From Alteromonas gilva (lineage in GTDB: Bacteria; Pseudomonadota; Gammaproteobacteria; Enterobacterales; Alteromonadaceae): 24,000 nt of DNA. A program made the position numbers and the translations under genes. This document shows positions 20,941 through 24,000 of the stretch, one piece after another. The number at the start of each line of letters is the position of its first letter. Within the stretch, counting starts at the first letter, position 1. The notes under the pieces are model-generated. The model was not told where the DNA came from. It searched no databases and saw only the letters and a list, made by a program, of their open reading frames with translations. The stretch is from NCBI RefSeq assembly GCF_028595265.1, contig NZ_JAQQXP010000004.1, positions 132,179 through 156,178 of the forward strand. Direction: 5' to 3'.

Positions 20941-22026
20941 ATGTTACGCAAAGAGAATATAGAACTGAGCAAGGCAAGAAGAAACTTTGCCCAGCATATG
21001 AAACCCAACATCATTAAGTACGTGGAGCTGGAAGGTCGCTCACGCCGCCACATCAAGCTTACTCGCATCGTGATTAGTGAACTTCCAGATGGTCAGTTTA
21101 CTGTTGGTGTTATGCGATACGGGCAGAAAATTGACACCTACTCTTGTTCATATGTGCCTGACGTTGGAATTTACTCCCAGCGTTACTTTGCGGAAGAAAA
21201 GTTAAACGAAATTCTTACTATCGAAGAAATGGAAGGTTTTGAGGTTTCTGATGAGTACGAGGCCCCCATCCAAAACCTGTTCGATAAACGATTTGAGTTT
21301 GGCAGGTTGAATGCCTCTAACAACGTTGCTTTCTATGGGGCTCACCAGCATGAGCATCATCGGTTCATCAGCCAGCCAATTCCGGCTGGCCTGCATGTGA
21401 TCGCCAAAGTTGATGCTTTCGGCAATATGGCCATCCAAGACATCAATTTCGCAAACAAGCCGCTGCAAGAGTCGAATTTAATATCACAACGGGCTGAGTC
21501 GTATCTGAGATCGATTATGTCTGTGGATGGATTCAGGGGCGCCTGTCTCGAGGGTTTCTTCGATGGCCAAAACCTGTTTGTGGTCGATGCCGGCTATTTG
21601 CACGACCAATGCTTTGCCGATACCCCGCTAAAAGACCGACTGGAAATTATAGAAGGTCTTATTACCAAGTTTGACCAGCCAGACGGGTGCAGATTTATTT
21701 CAGGCTCTATAAACAAGCCAGAGTCATGGATGAACACCTATCGCTTTGGTCGCAATAAAGGAATGCTATTGCGGGAAACTAATTCTAAATTCATTCTACA
21801 ACTTGATCCGACCCAAAGTCAGCCAGGCACAATGTTGAGTGAATCCAATGTTTCAACCTACATTGGAGGGCATGTGGTAGATGGTGTTTTAAGCCTTAGA
21901 AACGAAGTGCAGATAAAGGAAAGAGCCACAATCAGGTACCCAGGCAAAACAAGCGGCGCCCTACCCTTTTTGTATCGTGCTATCGGAAACTATGCAGATG
22001 AGCAGGAGCAGGCTTTACTGTTTTAG
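20941..22026 (+). CDS. Hypothetical protein with a weak nucleotidyltransferase (ATP-dependent ligase-like) motif order
   Basis: The ORF is 361 aa; the ATG has AGGAA upstream. IAKVDAFG (cf. KxDG), LEGFFDGQNLFVVDAGYL...PLKDRLEIIEGL (cf. motifs III/IIIa and the following helix) and KGMLLRE (cf. EGxxxK) occur in ligase order but with substitutions. Confidence 0.65.
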   Translation: MLRKENIELSKARRNFAQHMKPNIIKYVELEGRSRRHIKLTRIVISELPDGQFTVGVMRYGQKIDTYSCSYVPDVGIYSQRYFAEEKLNEILTIEEMEGFEVSDEYEAPIQNLFDKRFEFGRLNASNNVAFYGAHQHEHHRFISQPIPAGLHVIAKVDAFGNMAIQDINFANKPLQESNLISQRAESYLRSIMSVDGFRGACLEGFFDGQNLFVVDAGYLHDQCFADTPLKDRLEIIEGLITKFDQPDGCRFISGSINKPESWMNTYRFGRNKGMLLRETNSKFILQLDPTQSQPGTMLSESNVSTYIGGHVVDGVLSLRNEVQIKERATIRYPGKTSGALPFLYRAIGNYADEQEQALLF

Positions 22027-22068
22027 GTAACTCAAGGCGCTTGGAATTTGGAGCTTACTGTCTGAATT

Positions 22069-22469
22069 TTACCTTGCGGTGCAGTTGTAGGCGTTTATTG
22101 TTGCATGCTCAAAAACATTATCAATGAATCCTGCCGCGTGAAAAAAAGCCTCAATTACGCCTTCATTTCCTTCGTATATCGTATATCTGGCAAAGACGAT
22201 TTTCTCTTTGCCGAACCAATCTTCTTTCCATGAAGCATTGTAACTTATGCTTTCATCCGTTAAACCTGTACTAATGTACTCCCTTGATATCTGTGAGCCA
22301 TCCGCATCGGGAAAAGTTCTAATGACATTGCTTGGGGGGTTACAAGTAGGGAAATATTGGCTTCGTCATCATTTTTGTGAGTGCAATTTAATAGCATTGA
22401 CACTTCGTCTGCCATGACTGAAGTTGAAAGCATCATAAGCATTGCTAGTGAAGAGATTTTTATGGTCAT
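22069..22469 (-). pseudogene. Small secreted-protein gene split by a frameshift at a G6/C6 homopolymer
   Basis: Frame A (22469-22260) begins with the signal peptide MTIKISSLAMLMMLSTSVMA/DE. The adjacent frame is open from just upstream of the C6 tract (plus-strand G6 at 22334-22339) to the TAA at 22069-22071. It reads ...PDADGSQISREYISTGLTDESISYNASWKEDWFGKEKIVFARYTIYEGNEGVIEAFFHAAGFIDNVFEH... One extra C would fuse them into 133 codons. Confidence 0.5.
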
Positions 22470-22611
22470 AGAGCTATTAAATGCACTTATCTTGAGATAG
22501 AGAAACTATGCCATCAATTTGATAGTTTTGTCTAGGCGGGGCCAGTATTCTGCTATAGGTTGCCCGCTTGGCTTTAAGCATGAAAAGGTAAGGCCTTTCA
22601 AGAACTGAGTT

Positions 22612-22968
22612 CTATTGAATTAAATTCGCTTGGAAGTCTGCCTTGCTCACAACAGCTGTATCCCAATCGGTGGCCACATAGGCCTGTTCTGAAATTTCGT
22701 AGTAGGTTGAATCAACCTGGTACTTAATCCCAATCTCAGGCATGAGGCCTGCGTTTTTACACGCAGACACCCTAGCCTTACGGACATCCTCAATATTTGC
22801 CGACCACAGAAGAATTTCACCATCAATCTCTTGAGTGGCACATGTAACTTCTTCTGGCCAATCACAAACAACCTTATTCACCAGGTTTAGTAAACTGGCA
22901 TCTATCATCGGCGCGGCGTACTCACCGTCAAGATCGATAACAATTTGATTGTTCATGATATCCACCAT
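22612..22968 (-). CDS. Hypothetical protein translationally coupled to traC
   Basis: The ATG at 22968-22966 shares one base with the traC TAA (TAATG overlap). The product is a 118-aa acidic protein. An alternative ATG (MNNQ...) lies 4 codons downstream. Confidence 0.6.
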   Translation of the reverse strand: MVDIMNNQIVIDLDGEYAAPMIDASLLNLVNKVVCDWPEEVTCATQEIDGEILLWSANIEDVRKARVSACKNAGLMPEIGIKYQVDSTYYEISEQAYVATDWDTAVVSKADFQANLIQ

Positions 22969-24000
22969 TACAAAGCCATTCGCTTTTCGTCTTCCATCAT
23001 TTGGCTAATTGCCTGCTCCATAGACATGCCCTGATCGATGTATTCCTGACGCTTATCCTTTTCCTTTTTGTCAGTAGTCAGGATCAGCTGGAACTTACGG
23101 TCAGTGTAAAGACGGCAAACCTGTGAGTTAAGGCCGTCTTTCACCAGCACTTCGGAAAACGCTTCGTCAGTGACTGCAGGACGCGCTTTAACAGTCTTCA
23201 GTGATGACAACAGCTTGAAATCTGTTTCATTGCCGGTAAATGCTTTTTCCTCTCTAAGGCGCTCAACCTGCTCTGGCTGCTGCTTCATCAGGAGCATCCA
23301 TTTCGAGTTGGCTATGATTGCCCGACCTACTACAGAGGTGTATGCATCCATTACAGACTGAGTAACCAATGCGCCAGCTGCACCATATTTACGGAATCGA
23401 CGCCACCCTGTTTCCAGGAAGTCAGCAAAGAACTGCATCATTGATGCGCCGTTCTTATCTTCCTTCAAGTATTCCCATGCCTCATCGAGAATAAACATCC
23501 GGCGACGAGGTGTATCCCCTTCGTAAGAAAGGTACATTTTGTTCTGTATGCCCATAACCAGCGCCATCAAAACAGTTACCTGTAAGTGTGAATCTGATTT
23601 CAACTCTTCAAGCTCACAGACTACCAATCGACCATCAAAGTTAACCGGTGGATACTTATTACCAAAGAAGTCACCGTAAATACCTTCATCACAGAAAGGC
23701 TTTAACTGACGTCCAATGGCATGCATTTCAACAAGCTCGTGATTCAAACACTCTTTAGCAAAGTCTGTTATCGTTGCTTCCTTCCCTTTGTCTTCCCAAA
23801 CTATCTTCAGGACTTCCAGGATCTCAGCATTTTGTAAGTCTGTAATGTTTCCACTTGGGCTTGCCATGGTCTTAATCAGGGTTCTGATCAAATTGGCTTC
23901 ACCTTCCTTCCCATAGAAGTCGGTAACATTGCTAAAAGGGTTCAACGAGTATTTAAAATCACGTCCAAACGCCAAAAACTGTGACTGCTCATACTGCTCA
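22968..24000 (-). CDS. traC: Conjugative transfer ATPase TraC (VirB4 family), C-terminal ~344 codons; the ORF continues past the right window edge
   Basis: RRMFILDEAWEYL (Walker B-type hhhhDEAW) and RKYGAAGALVTQSVMD (the TQS motif of TraC/VirB4) are present. The frame stays open upstream of the TTG at 23975 to position 24000 (..EQYEQSQF-LAFGRDF). Confidence 0.85.
   Translation of the reverse strand, partial: EQYEQSQFLAFGRDFKYSLNPFSNVTDFYGKEGEANLIRTLIKTMASPSGNITDLQNAEILEVLKIVWEDKGKEATITDFAKECLNHELVEMHAIGRQLKPFCDEGIYGDFFGNKYPPVNFDGRLVVCELEELKSDSHLQVTVLMALVMGIQNKMYLSYEGDTPRRRMFILDEAWEYLKEDKNGASMMQFFADFLETGWRRFRKYGAAGALVTQSVMDAYTSVVGRAIIANSKWMLLMKQQPEQVERLREEKAFTGNETDFKLLSSLKTVKARPAVTDEAFSEVLVKDGLNSQVCRLYTDRKFQLILTTDKKEKDKRQEYIDQGMSMEQAISQMMEDEKRMAL

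Larger units (their letters stand above)
1..24000. mobile_element. Segment of a conjugative element (plasmid or ICE): transfer gene plus recombination/maintenance and accessory cargo
   Basis: A traC/VirB4-type ATPase C-terminus lies at 22968-24000. An ssb, RecT-like and RecE-like module lies at 14323-20002. NYN and DUF457-type genes typical of mobile-element backbones are present. No housekeeping genes were recognised. Element boundaries are not in the window. Confidence 0.55.

Overview
The window looks like an accessory and maintenance segment of a conjugative element, either a plasmid or an ICE; the host taxon cannot be determined from sequence alone. The right edge carries the 3' part of an F-type/VirB4-family traC. 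The centre carries an ssb, RecT-like and RecE-like recombination module.

Main features, left to right:
1. 1-4150: a run of same-strand (minus) small genes, including a class-II-like Fic protein. They are separated by four related imperfect-palindrome repeats that resemble integron attC sites. No intI is visible.
2. 4192-10023: two genes for a secreted protein of about 15 Cys-bracketed hairpin repeats and a 1395-aa Ig/PKD-like surface protein. Each gene is preceded by the same roughly 20-nt box.
3. 11868-14790, the most interesting locus: an intact IscB-type (OMEGA, Cas9-ancestor) RuvC/HNH nuclease with no tnpA. A 357-bp structured non-coding leader precedes it and is a candidate omega-RNA. 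Its stop codon overlaps (TGATG) the start of an RNase H protein with a SWIM-like zinc finger, and ssb follows on the same strand.
4. An NYN-domain gene, a three-gene lipoprotein/DUF457/unknown operon, and divergent RecE-like and RecT genes followed by a second RecT-like ORF and a possible ligase-like ORF.
5. A small secreted-protein gene split by a G6 tract.

Other observations: the ssb ORF ends at a TAG that is followed in frame by CCG TTC TGA (P-F-stop), so the canonical SSB tip appears cut off. The supplied ORF track also misses a 280-codon gene truncated by the left edge. All calls rest on motif reading by eye; no database searches were run.
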